The notes below the pieces were generated by a model. It did not search any database. It was not told the origin of the DNA and was given only the letters and a program-made list of their open reading frames with translations. The translations under genes were made by a program, and so were the position numbers. Shown here in pieces: positions 24,201-37,090 of a stretch of 64,000 nucleotides of DNA (position 1 is its first letter; each line of letters begins with the position of its first letter). Location of the stretch: positions 2,170,001 to 2,234,000 of the forward strand of contig JAYWIR010000017.1 of the NCBI GenBank assembly GCA_036172245.1, given 5' to 3'. This DNA comes from Raillietiella orientalis. Its lineage: Eukaryota.

Positions 24201-26807
24201 ATTGCTTTGTATGCTGGGCAAATTTTTATGATAGATATTAAAATTCTGGTTTTGTTCCATATGATTCTGTACTGTGCTTGGACTTCAGCTGCTAAGTTGA
24301 AGCAGGTTGAAATGGGATAAAATTATAGAACTCGAGTCTGATGTTTTACAGAGTAGTTTCTCCTTCTTCTTCTCAATCAGCTGTTTTTCTCAATTAGGGG
24401 AAAAGTACACCAAGCCTTGAGATTCAGTCACCAAGAGAAAAAGGTCTCAAAGCATTACTCGAGTGTTTGAAGACGTCCTTTTCTTTTGGAATTTCAACCA
24501 ATAGAGACTTTAACACTTGAAAATCTAGAAGTGTACACAAGCAGATTCTCATTCAGAGAAATGTTGAGGTTAGAGTTTTTAATGCACCATAAAAACTCAT
24601 TAATTTTGGCTTACGTCGAACTTTTCTCCCGGACTGGAATTACGAGTCTTATTTTTGGCAGTAAGCTCTGTCAAATCCATAGGGACTGTATTTTCCTAGA
24701 GATTTTCGAAAGCCATAACATCAGGCAGCTTCGTTTACATGCATGAGCCGCTCGAAATCGGTTGTGACGCAAATGATTCTCTGTTTTTTTAAAAAGTATC
24801 ACGGTTGCGGTTTTGGGACTTTCACAGAAATTTGGAATGAGCTGGCCACGTGAAGAAACGTTCACAAAAAGGAACTGAAACGAACGACGACAGGATTTTC
24901 AAGCAATGAATTTTCGTCAAAGACCCGTAAGGCAACTCCATTGCAAGCACATTTTCTTTTAGATTCAATGAATCAGTCTGTCAGCTAAGGTGCACTGATC
25001 CAGAAAGCAAAAAAACACTCTTTTGCAAAACGATACGGAAGCTGTGTTCATAGGAGCTCAGCAGGCTGCGTTGAGCAGAAATGCGGATAGCACATGGTTC
25101 TCTTCATAGGTGTTCTTGAATGCATGCACTTTCTGTGAATCGTTAGATCGAGGAAACCGTGGATAAGAAATTCATGTGATTCAGTACACTTTTTATCATT
25201 TTGGTTCTCGAAGATATCATAACTGATAGCTGACTCCCAATGGAGCTCTCTTTTCCATATTTCCAACTCGAACTGAATCTGTGAGAAATTCAGCTGGAAA
25301 TTCTCTCCTGCTCTCTGACTACCAAGAAATCTATCAAGAGCAGAGTATGCAATGGGAGTGAACGCCAGTGATCGATTCTTGAGAGAGTGGATTTGAATGA
25401 GGAACTCAAACCTCCTTACGAATTTCATTTTTGACATCCTCGGTTGGACGTTATGGTTAAGGAAAGAGAAGCCCTGAATTAGAACCGGTACAGCAGGTTA
25501 CTTCTGAAGGATGCAAGCAGATCGGCCCTTCGATTAGCATCTTAGGCTACCAATAGGTATTTCGATCCATAGGGAGCTCTCAATACCAACGCGAAAAAGT
25601 CCCCCTTGAAACGCAGGGAAAACCCTAAAGGTTCCTTGATCTATGGGTATTTCTTCAGTTTTGAGTCTCTCATCGGTGCGAGTTGCATTATGTAACTACG
25701 GCTAACGGTTAAAGGTGTGATGCTGAAAAGTTTTGTATCCATAGGTGCTAGCAGAATCATCAATTTGCTCATCGGCAAATCCATGGTTTGCGGAAGAGTC
25801 GCCTATCGACTTCCCCTCCCCCCGTTCTTGCTATTGGGTTGTAGCGCCTGGTTAATTGATTATTCTATTTGTTTACTTGAGCTTCTATTGTGAAAATTTT
25901 TCTGCCTTTCCCGCTGCCTCATCTTCAAAGTATCTTCTTGGTTCCTGCTGCTGCTGTAGCATGATACGGCATGTTTCTCTCGTGGTAATAGACAGCACTG
26001 AGCCTTTGAAGAGGTGGCATTGCATTCACAAGTGATCTTGTTTATTTATGGACATCCGGAAAGTTGATATTTGAGTTTGTTTAATAATAGGAAACAATAA
26101 TATTTACCGGGCGTTTATAATATTTACTAAGAAACAAAAGAATAAAAGCCACATCGTCCTATCATCGGAACAAGAAGAAAAAGAAAATAAATACAAGAAC
26201 ATGAGAAGAAACCCCAAAAGAATGGGTAGGCTGAAGCGATGAAGAAGCAATGGCACCGTGCTGTTATTTCCAGCATCTTATCTGCAGCTCCGTCTCAGAT
26301 GAGCATTGATTTTTATCGGTACAACAACAGAAGCATGGAGTATTCGGTGTCAGCGAGGCGGAAGGAAGAGAGACGAAGAAGAAGAGGAGGAAGAAGAAAT
26401 GCCGCACTTCATTTTCTGCAACACGAAGTTTTCCCATAAATTTTGGCGTGAGCAGAGGATCTGTTTTATGAGCATAGGTCGACTTGTTGTTGAGAATAGT
26501 TTACCATATGGCATTCGTTCCCGCATGAGTCCAATTAGCTCTGCATGCACTCATGATTTATTCAAACTTGGGTATCAGGCGAGAACAGGTCTTGCCCTGT
26601 ATCGATACTTTTTTTTCTACAAATCTTTGTGTGGAATGTTTACACGGACGGCTCTTTGTGCGTTGCATGAAAAGCCGTCCGTGATTCCATACTCAGAAAC
26701 CATTTTGCCTTGGAATGTAATTCTTGTTCATAATAGTAATACAATACGACAAATACAAGCCGTCGCGCACTACGCATAATTCATATTCACATGTTATCTA
26801 ATATGTA

Positions 26808-27281
26808 CGGTAGACCCCGCATAGCGCAGATTCGTATAACGCGACGAAGACAGCTCTCAATAACGCGGTAAATCAGCCTCGTACGGCGCTGTGGATTCAT
26901 TTCTGATTACGTGGTACAGGGTCAGTTCAGCTGTCTTTTTTTTTTTTTTTTTCCTAAAGGAGAGAAAAGAGAGAGAAACTATGAACGTGTGGTTCAAGTA
27001 GCCTGAGTTCTGTTTCGTTCCGATTTTCGTGAGCCAAATGGGGCAGGAAGATACATTTTTCAGCAACGAGAACGATGGAGCTCAAAGCATGACTCGTTCC
27101 ATCGATTCCATGGCAACACTCGAAGAGCTTTGACCTCGATAAAAAATAAGGCTTTTGATTGTTCGTTTGTTTCAAAGTGGAATATGCTGCTGTTCAGGAT
27201 ACACTTTATATCTATTATATCTACCACTAAGATATTCCCCGTGTAAAACCTATAGGACCCGCGTTATACGTGAGCGGACTG
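26808..27281. mobile_element. Tc1/mariner (pogo-like) MITE, copy 1
   Basis: TA on both sides, with CGGT.../...ACTG termini. Subterminal inverted repeat CGTATAACGCG (26833-26843) / CGCGTTATACG (27260-27270). Second copy at about 41190-41695. Confidence 0.65.
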
Positions 27282-29375
27282 TATGATATACAATATTATA
27301 CATACATATGTATGTTAAACTGCTGTTTTAAATGATTTTTAGGATAATGTAAAAGGGAAGATTTCGACAAAAGTTTGCACAAGAACTCCCGTGGGAGTCT
27401 ATTTGAATCTCGCATTGGTCGGAAGGCTTTACGAGTCCAAACGATGCTATCATTCTATTTAAAACAGGAAAAAACGGGAAAACGAAGGAGGAAAGTTCGT
27501 CTTGATTAGCGCATTACTTGAAGGACACGCTTTGAGTGAAGAGTGATTGAAAACGATAGTTCCAATTGACCATACTGTAAGCAAGGATCATGATTTTTCC
27601 TTCAGCCAAAAATCACGTATACTCCGTGGACTTGGCACAATCGAACCAAGGAATGGCCTAGGAATTCTCAGGGGATTTCATCAGATGACCACACAAAATT
27701 GAACGAAAAGGCCACGCTTGAAAGCAGAATTCACGGTTCACAACCTGAGCATCTGCTAGAGTCTGGAACATAAAAGCAAAAAAAAAATAATGCTCAAAGT
27801 ACGTAATCAGTATATGTATTTTGCTATTGACTTGTTATTCTTAGGTCATTCAATCAGTGGTCACATTGTATGCTCATAATCGGGAGAATGGGAAAGTTTC
27901 TTTCTGTGTTTATAAATTGCATTTTATTTGCTGATAAGAACAAAAAATTGCACAGTCTCCACTCTAGAAGCGCAATTATCCAGAATATTTAAATCACCTG
28001 CTCTGGAGTGCTATGGTAAACAATTCAGAGACCTCTGGAAATCTGTAGCCCTGCTGCACGGATGCATTTTTGACGTTTTGATACGTACAGTAGTTTGGGG
28101 ATTTCTCCAGATACGAAGGTTAGCGTTTACAGGATTTGAAAATGATCCCTACTGAAGAAATGTATTGAGTTAGGAAGCGGATCATCAGCTGTGTGAATTG
28201 CAAATTTTGTAATTCACACAAAGGTTGACAGTTTGCCAAATATCAGAAAGTGTTCGGTGATTTCGTCTTAGAACTGACCAAGATGAAACAGAGTGCAAAG
28301 ACAAACAAAATGTGACCAAGCATCCCATTGGGACTCGAGTTCACCTATTCGAAATGTTTCCAACAAGATGTGAAACGAGTCACATCAATTTCAACCTCAG
28401 AACACTACAAAGATGAATGCCGCGCACACCATCACATTGCTCTATATGCAAAGATCCGTTAGATCGAAGAACACTACATTCTACCAAGGTGTTGCACCGG
28501 AAAGCATTGCAAGTGCTATCCATCTACGGAAATCAATTTTGAATGATTCGTGCTTAGCATTAGGCGCCATTTCCGGAATGGTCGCTCTATAGGGAATTGA
28601 TATAAGGAGGCGTGAAAAATGAAATCTGCCGCACATTCCCATCTCCAGGTCGTCCGAAACACGCAAAAAAGGAGGAAGGGGAAGGAGAAAGAAGGAAGGA
28701 AAACACGAGTGCCAGCTCGGCGTCGGCTGAGGTTTAGAAAGATGCTTCCAAACCCGAAGGAAGTTTCCAGTTGCAGAAAAATGCTGTCCTGTCCTTGTAG
28801 CAACTCAAGTCGAGCGTTTGAAATTCTGCTATCTGTTTATCGTGCAAAAGGAGCGAATGCACTGCTCGTTTGGTACAAAGAGCCGTGTTGGCATTGTGGG
28901 GCCGATCGAGAGTTTCATAATGTGAAATGCGGGCGTAAACACTTCGAAGCAAGACATTGGCTGGGAAGCGCGAAGCTTCAATTGCAGGCGATATAAGAAG
29001 ACTCAAGTGCGGCCCGAAGCATGCTGTATGATGAAGTACAAGCACTCCGCTAAGAAATGAATAAAAAGCATCCCAGTCGACAGCATGGTCACAGGGTTTT
29101 ACGGTCCTCTGAAAAGCTTAATTATGCATCGGGATTGTGATTAGCAAATCTTGCAGATAGTGGAAATATTTGGATTTGTTTATATTATGCGAGACTTCAG
29201 CTCGCAAAAAAGTGTTGAAATGCAAGCTGTCAGTCATCATGATGATTCATAGACAGGAACAAAACAAACTATCCTTGCTCCCAAGATACAATGCGACTGA
29301 ATAGTAGTGTGCTGTGTTAATCGAACCAGAATTAGTAATGAGAGGTGATTGAGGAAAGAGTTTACTTGACAAAGA

Positions 29376-29517
29376 ATGGATCTAGAGAATATCAATCTTT
29401 CAAAGACTTCGTACATGTACCACCAGAAGAATGGAGAGGAGGACAGCAAATCTCAGCAGAAACCAGAGTTGACATTCAGCATAGAAAAGATACTGTCTGC
29501 CGAGCCGATCACATCGG
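29376..29517 (+). CDS. H2.0/HLX: H2.0/Hlx homeobox gene, probable first coding exon with eh1 motif
   Basis: (M...)MYHQKNGEEDSKSQQKPELTFSIEKILSAEPITS followed by G|GTGAGT donor. LTFSIEKILS is an eh1 (FxIxxIL) Groucho-binding motif. The start is ATG 29376 or 29415. Confidence 0.7.
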
Positions 29518-30046
29518 GTGAGTTCAATTTACGCAAAATGCTCTTCTTAAATTGGTTTTAAGCGAGATGGAGATGCTCGTTGCTTGTTTGTGAGATGCTT
29601 CTCCGAATGCAACGAGTGAGTCGCGAGCGGTTTCGTACATTTTTTCGTACATTTGCGTATTCCGGAACAAAAAGCAAACTGTGTCTCAGAAAGCCGGCCT
29701 TATGAAAAATACGAAAAATCCCTTCCAGTGCCCTTAGCGGATAAAAATGTAAACAGAAAAATGTCTTCTGTTTACATTTTTAATTATGCAAAACCCATGG
29801 GGGTGAAGGAAATTCCAGGAAAATTGAATCAGCATGCCCGTGTTCCATCCCTTTCCGGATTAAAGCAATCAGTACCCATCATGTGCTCACTTAGGAAAGA
29901 GATCTGATGTTTGGATGCGAGTTAGCGGAACAGAGGAAGCAAATGAGAGGGGCTCTTGAGTTTCAGATGAAGCGGTGCTCTGAGACTACACTCGAGACAT
30001 TAAAGTAATCAGAAGTAAGGTGTGTTTCCTGCTCTTACTTTCGCAG

Positions 30047-30192
30047 TCAACACCAGTCGCGTAATTACAAGGCATGAAGACACCACCAGCTCTCCTTCTT
30101 TCCAATCGGGTGTTGTGGGTTCTTTCACGCCTTCCATTATTTGTTCCTCGTTTTCCCCGAAACCGAACCACGCAAAACGAAGCATATTCTTC
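30047..30192 (+). CDS. H2.0/HLX: H2.0/Hlx candidate exon 2 (3' boundary uncertain)
   Basis: Pyrimidine-rich acceptor ctcttactttcgcag; phase 1 joins in frame to exon 1 (VNTSRVITRHEDTTSSPSFQS...). Confidence 0.4.
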
Positions 30193-31859
30193 GTATGGCG
30201 CAATGCCTTCATCAAGCTATTCTACTGCAGCCCATTTCTGTGTGTGTGTGTGTGTTTTTTAGGATGATGCGATATATATGGCCAATAAGTAAGCGCATGA
30301 GGAGTTCGGATGTTACTCCCGATACCGGTGTTTAAACGAGTTTTCATGGAAGTCGGTCATTTTATCGATATCTTGAGCACGGCTGGTGGGATTAAAAGTA
30401 TCTTTCCATTTATTGTAAGAATAACCATTAAAGCACTGAAGTGAGTGGAAGCTGTAACACTTCCATAGTCGCTTGCTGTTATCACGAATATTGCTCCCAC
30501 CGTTCTTATGTTAAAGACGTTATCCAGGAAAATGGGACGTAAAAATGAAGATAACTTTATCGAATTGATTTTACAACTTTGCTTTAATGCACAACACATG
30601 TACACAAATGTGGATCCTGAGTTGCCTTCTCGTCCAATCGTCATGAATCGAAGTCTCGAGGTTTCTGAGGAACTGACTTCCGAGCACCGCAAGGAGTGCT
30701 CAGAAACAACCTTCGAATAGGGTGCAGATATCTTTGCAACCGTTCTCTCTGTGGCTTTCATGTGAGATCATCCCCTCTTTCATGATGCGGCAGTAAAGAG
30801 CACGTTTGCATTTTACGCATCCATAATCGAGAGGAAAGCAATGAATCTCATTCACATCTGCCTTTGATTCCACAAATGGATAAAGGAAGCAAAATTTGCT
30901 TGAAAATCTGCTCACATGCCCCGTTTGCTGTTTTTAAAGAGTAGGGAAAGAAAGAACTTATGCAGCAGTCACTGTTTTGTACTTTTTTTTTCGCAGTACG
31001 ATTCCGTTTTCAGAATCTTCTTTCGGAATTTTTCAGGATTCCTATTTCGCTTCCCATGCCTCCGCATCACGTACTCGTTCAAACTTTGACCAGCATTTCC
31101 GTGAGATCCACCCATTCCGGTGACCCACGATGCACGTTGCACACTGATTGCGCAGTCCACAAGCAAACGCATTTCGACAGAAACCCTAAGAACCCTTCCT
31201 AATTGTCCAATACTTGCACAACAGGCAAGAGAAGGCGTTTTCCCTTGGATGCTGAGTGGATCAGTCTCTCGTTGCTCACGCAACACACGTGCTATGGTGT
31301 TCCAGGTTTGGGGGGATTGATGTCTTCAGCTGTTATCGAGAATCGTAAAGTTGGACTGGGGCGCTCAACGGTCTCATCATCAGTCTGTGCTTCAAGAAAA
31401 GGCATCCACTGGTCATCACTTAATCCCGAGCGTTTCCATCGTTGCGATGAGCATGCTGTACGATACTTGTACGATCACACCGCATGGTCACAAGCACTTG
31501 ATGCGCAAGGCAGCAGCGCAGTTGGTTAGATGCCTCGATTTTCCCCACGCGCGGGCTTCCCTATTAAAATAAAAACTGCTGTCTGTCTCGAAGAGGATCC
31601 GAACTACCACGCTTTAATCCCGAGCCATAAACTTCGACATGGACTTTATTCCTCGGGTTATCTAACGTATCAGTTTCGTGCATATGGGAGAGGCGAAAAT
31701 GAGTACGTAGGTATCATGAGCTTAAGTGAATTCTTCGGCGATATCTGTTTTTTTAATGTGCGACAAACTGGTTTCAGAAAGCAACTATGGGAATCAAGTA
31801 AAAGTCAAAGACTGCGGAGGAGCTCTCAGTCAGGGTTTCCGTGCAGCTAACAATTTCAG

Positions 31860-31936
31860 CCTGACCGGCTGGGTGTCACCTTTCTTCATCTCGTATCTTC
31901 GGAATTTGGTAACTTATCCTCATTCTAGCGAAGCAG
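31860..31936 (+). CDS. H2.0/HLX: H2.0/Hlx candidate internal exon
   Basis: aatttcag acceptor and strong CAG|GTAAGT donor; open reading LTGWVSPFFISYLRNLVTYPHSSEA. The phase-1 end is compatible with the acceptor ending at 43179. Confidence 0.4.
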
Positions 31937-34900
31937 GTAAGTGCGATTACGTTATTATTCTTTCATGGCAAACAGATTGGCATTGAAAACAAATTCCGCT
32001 GGCGTCCTGTCGTCCACTGCTGGAAAATCAGCGGACGGTGCCGCTCACTCGAAGGCCGCAAGGCGGAAACGTCTTTCGATTGAAATCTGGGAATGACACG
32101 TGACCCTTTTCGCGTTGTTTTCTCGGGCTGGTCGCTCGTCGTGGTTTCCGTGCAAAGCGGATTTGGAATCGCGAGACGGAAAAGAAAAGTTCATTGGAAG
32201 GACGGTCACTTCCGATGCTGAAAACCGAGGGGGGAAGCGGCGACACTAGAGGATGCTCACATCCGAATGATCTTTGTCGTCACTTCGCAATCGGGTACTT
32301 GAAAACAGTAAACACCAACAGAAACCGTTGGTCGTCGGTACGTTCCGAAGGAGAGTGGATGTCCGGCTGACCGCTCTGCGTTCGAGAGGGACGTAGCGAG
32401 AGGAGCTGCCGCTGTTCCCTGGCTGTTGCTGCTGCCCTCGTGCATTTTCGACTCTTGTGCTGGGGCGCTGCACTCGACTGGCAAGCGAAGGAATGGTGCA
32501 CTTGGCGTGAGAGAGGTCTCTGACGCAAGCGAGTGCTCTCACTCACTCGCTCCAGGGACGAATTACTCTTCATCAGTGCACACTGGTGCCATTCATCCAC
32601 AGTGGTTCCTCACTTTGAATCGATCGAGTGATTTGTTTCCCTTCGGGGCTGAAGCTCAGAACGGGTTCTCCTACTCGGTCGCGCTCTTCCGTTTTTCGCC
32701 GCGTCGAGGATTTGTTTCCTTTCTTTGCTCTAGCTTTGTCCTGAACGTTTTTGGATAGGATTTTGCTTGGTGTGCAAGTCGCTCTTTCTTGCACTTGCTC
32801 TTTCTTGTGTTTGTGGCGAAGGACAGGAATGGGCTCCGTGAGTCCTCCGCTTTCTTTGCCAAGTCTAATCAGATGCTGCGCAGCAGCTTCCAGTCACAAG
32901 TGCCGCTCCATTCCTAAGGGCTGCAGTGTTCATCTGCATCGCTGCGCCTACTCTCTTCCTTCCTCACTCCTCTCTTCTTCTCGAGTGACGCCTCGCTTCT
33001 TTACCGACCCGACTGACCGAGGTGAATGTTCGGAATTTGATGGAGATCCCGCTTTGTTTCCACCAAGCACAGTTCCGCGAACCAGTTTTGGAACAGCATC
33101 AAGAGGGAGCCTTCGGGCCCCATGGGTCAGAATCTGTTCACGAATGCGGAGTTCTCGAAAACTCTCGGTTCCTTTGAAGATCGCGACGGTTTTCGCGTGG
33201 ATGCCCTTGAAGTTTTTTGGAAAACACCTTACGGACATGCACTCCTCCGCGGTGCGAAGTTCCGGCTTCTCGAACTGAACCATGGCTGATCTGCTCATCT
33301 GCCCTGGTTCAGTTCTGCTGAGTCTTGTTTGAGGAAGCTCTTCCTCCATCGGGTTTCCACTTTGCTCCTCTTTCTTTCTCTCCTCTCTGAGAAAACACCA
33401 ATCCCAACCACTGCTTTGCAATCCCGGTTTTGCATCCTCTGTAGAGGATTTAGGTAAGCCATTAAGATTAAAGTTGAGATGAATGCAGAGAAAAGAGAAA
33501 TGCCAGACGCAGGAACGGCTGGCCAGGAGAGGATACGCAGCTATGAATCGGCTGTCCAAGGGAAGCGCTTTTGGAGAGCAAGGTTCCAAGACGAGGAATA
33601 ACCCCAGTCGGAGCGTTCCTAGAACGAACGGGATTTCCGAAAGGCGCTGCTATAACGACGCGGCTTCCTGCTCTTTGCTTTGTGCTGCCCGGCTCTTGAG
33701 ATATGGGGAGAGTCGCAGAGGAAGGGCGAAATCATTGGGAAGTGTTCTCCGATCCCCATCTTGGAGAGGGCATCATCGTAAGCGACTGCATCAGACTCGG
33801 ACTAGAGGCGCGCGTGCCGTGTGCCCACAGGAGCCCAGGACTCCGCGCCGAGGCAGCAGCGAGGTTTCGTTCTGGCACCTTGGCGTGCACTCGAGGTGGG
33901 GACACGTGTGCGCATTCGGTCAACTTGGAACCGCATGCTGCAATTCTTCGAGCAGAGCCCGGAAAAGTGTTGATTGGAATCGAGTTTGCCAGCGGCAACC
34001 ACGAGATTTCCGTTCCGTCGCCAAGACAGCGGGATGGCCTCTCTGTTTCCGGCAGTTCTCTCTCGCAGATCGGATGCTGTGAGAACAGTGATGCTAGGGA
34101 TAGGAATCTGCGTTCGAGGTTCAGGAATTCTCGTCCTAAGAATCGGAGTGATGCTGGAATTTCTTGAAGAGCTCGACACATGCTCTTGTTTAGAAAAAAA
34201 TAAATAAATTACTTTCACACATGTCCATTCCGATAAGTTTCCCTCAGAAACACTGTGGTGTCCTTCAGGGTTTAGTTTTAGAAAGAAAGAAAGAAAAATC
34301 AATCGAGTGTTCCATGGGTTGAGCATGGTTCTTGACGAACGCAATGGTATTTGATGCGACCGAGTCAGCCTAAACCTTTCCGCGTTCCCCTGGGCTCTTC
34401 TTTTCCGTACGTATGCTGTTCTCTTGCTCTTTCGTGTCGCGATGTGCACTCTTGAAATTCCAACAAGAACATCATCCCTCCAGCAGGCACCGGCAGGCAC
34501 CGGCAGGCACCTAGAAACGAACAGTGTTTCCAGTTCCTTCTTGGTGTCAAGATACAAGCCCTTTCTCCCAAGCGAAAGTTGTATCCCAGTCAGGGATGGG
34601 ACCGGGAGCAAAGAAGAAAATAGCAGGCATCGCAAGCTCAATGAACAAGGGATGATTTTAGAGAAGCCGTGCCTGAAATTTTCCGGGGCACGATGTCAGC
34701 CGATAGGTGGCGATCGGAGCGCTGGCTTCGAACGTGTCTGGCGCTGGCGCCTGCGTCGTAAACGTGCAGTGCGCCAGACGAAAGCAAAAAGTATGTTTTT
34801 TTTTTTTTTTACTGCACCCCATAACCTTCGGCTAATGTTGCAGCTCCTGGAGTTTGTTCTCCGTAGACTCGAAGACCCCAAAACGCGCGTAAACTTCCAT

Positions 34901-36464
34901 CTCTCTCCCTTCTCGAATACGAGCGGGAGATCGTCATTATCCCGATTATGGATCAGAGGGGAAAAGCAGGAAGCGCATACGACGAATATCGCGCAGGTTT
35001 ATTTAAAGCAGTCTTGTTTACACTGTACATCATTTTCTTCTGGAGGTTTGAGGAAGTTTTTTTAGCTTATGAAACTCAATTGCAAGGCGAAACAAGCCAG
35101 ACATTCTAAGAATAACGGCTTGCAGAAGAGCTCATCTGCGTGCCGATGGCTTGAGTTCCAGACCTCCTGCCCTCCGTGGACGAATTTATTTATCGCAAAC
35201 ACAGACCTTCAACAGTTACTCGCGTTATGTCATTTGTTCATAAACCCAAGAGCGCCTGGGAGCAGAGGGATCCCAGAAAGCAATAAACACGGAAGGTTCC
35301 TGTTTTTCGATTATCCCTAAATGAGGCCAATAACTTAGTCGATGACTTCCCTGGCTGCAGTGGGAGTATTTATAGAGGCAAAAGCAGTCAAGGCATGTCA
35401 CTGGCCCCGGATGGTTTCCTTTCATATCTACAGAAAGAGAGTGTGTTTTGAACACGAAAGTGTTTTCGAAACGGGAGCACCGAAATCCCGAAACTCGAAA
35501 CTCGTGTCAGAAGTCCCGAAGGGTGTTTTTCCCATCCGCCTTCACATTTAGTGCGTCCTAGGCACATCGTCGCCAGGAGCAGAACAAGCAATGAGCGCGC
35601 GCTGTAAGGGATTCTGGATTCAGAGCGGGAGCACTTTCCTGGCCGAACAAACAAACGCCGAAAGGGAGTTATCAAAGATGCGGGTTGGATAGCACCCGGG
35701 ATACTCCAATGCAAATCTGGAATAACCATCTTTCGGACTCGGGCGCGAGTGGCGATGGATTTTGCGTCTAAGGTTGTGGACCTGGTTGCTTATGAATATT
35801 AAAGCAGTAACAACAACAATAATTATAATAATAATAAGACGCGCACGTGACTTGAAAAGTTACCGGAAGATGTGATCCATTTATCTGGGGGAGGAATTTG
35901 TGGCAAAAAGAGACACATGCCACGGGGTGGTTCAATCCAATACAAAACGGAGAGTTTCTGCGTCGCCAGCGGACGCGCAACGAACAGGCACAGGCAGAGA
36001 CCAGAGCGACTGATGCTGCAAGTTCTTGCAGAAACCGGTGGAAGGGGAAGCACGAAGGAATCCCATTCAAAAGAGGCGTCCCTATGATTCCGTTTAATGA
36101 CTCGAGAATTTTGGGGGAAGGTCAGTTATCCCGTGGTCGCGAGATGCCTGTGCAGGTCAAGTGCCGCAACCTCCAGGGACAGTGCAGTGGACTGCAGAAG
36201 GGGAGAAGGACGTCAGATACAAGGGTCAAAAGAAGAGAGCGTCCAGGATACGATGTCATCAGTCAGGTGCAACCACGACGACCATCCAGAGTGCACAAAG
36301 AAAAAGCCAGTTATGTTATAGGGAGGAGCGCGATGCATAGCAACGAATCGGCATCTCTCGTGATCCTTGAAGAGGACTAAAAGGCGTCAAAAATGCCGTC
36401 AGGGGCTTTGGTCTCCAGAGCGGCGCTGCTGGTTTCCCCGCAAACACTTCGACATTAGCCACAC

Positions 36465-37090
36465 GCGGTCCGCGTTGTCGGCCGTGTGGCTGCGGTGGCC
36501 TCCGCCCGCGCGGCACCAAGCGCTGCGGGTTCGAATCCCCACGTGGAGGACCAACGCCGAGAAATGGGTGTGTGTCGTGGGTTTCGAGTCTTATCTCCCC
36601 CTGCAGGACGACTTGCAACTACCGTAGTAGGACGCGCGGTCCTACCACAAGTGGCAAGAGGTGGCGTTCCTGGTGTTGCATTGGGGATCCCTATGCAAGG
36701 AGCGCGCCTCCATCACTGGACACGGGGGAGTATCGATGTCTAGTTGACATTTCGCCTCTCCATGGCGCCAGATAAGCGGGAGGGAATGCTCTTGAGAGAA
36801 ATTCGGGAGCGTCCCTTCGGGGTTCTCTTCAGAGGAGGAATTCCATGAGCGGATCCTTTCCAGATTCCTTTCGGATAAGCAAAAGAGTAGCAGCCCCCTC
36901 CGGAGACAACAAGGAAGAGGAGATTTCCTTTCGGAGCTCCTCTACCAAGCGGAACAGAGGAACGGACTCCTTCCTCTGGTGTTTTCCTGGATTCATAGGG
37001 TAGTTTCCTCCTGCGAAACCACCACCCCCCTAACTTGAAGAGTCAGCACGCACCCTCGGGTGGCGTGGACAGCGTCAAAGAGCTTCGTGA
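36465..37090 (+). mobile_element. tRNA-derived SINE, near full length
   Basis: Head with GCGGGTTCGAATCCC, body motif GAAATGGG...GTGGGTTT, tail CCCTTCGGGGTTCTCTTCAGAGGAG...CACGCACCCTCGGGTGG; similar to 60920-61550. Confidence 0.8.

Noticed and set aside
25480..25820. Possible RT remnant (TEEIPIDQG...FQG, minus)
   Set aside because: Similarity too weak and fragmented to call. The same applies to 37100-37800, 57700-58050 and 63400-63950.
34482..34511. (GCAGGCACCG)x3 tandem repeat as a CRISPR-like array
   Set aside because: No spacers; a simple minisatellite in eukaryotic DNA.
36010..36040. Hammerhead-like CTGATGC-stem-GAAACCGGTG
   Set aside because: A9 is C, the cleavage position is G, and no stem I can form.
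36465..36550. tRNA gene (GGTTCGAATCCC B box)
   Set aside because: No proper acceptor or anticodon stems; it continues into the SINE body shared with other copies.
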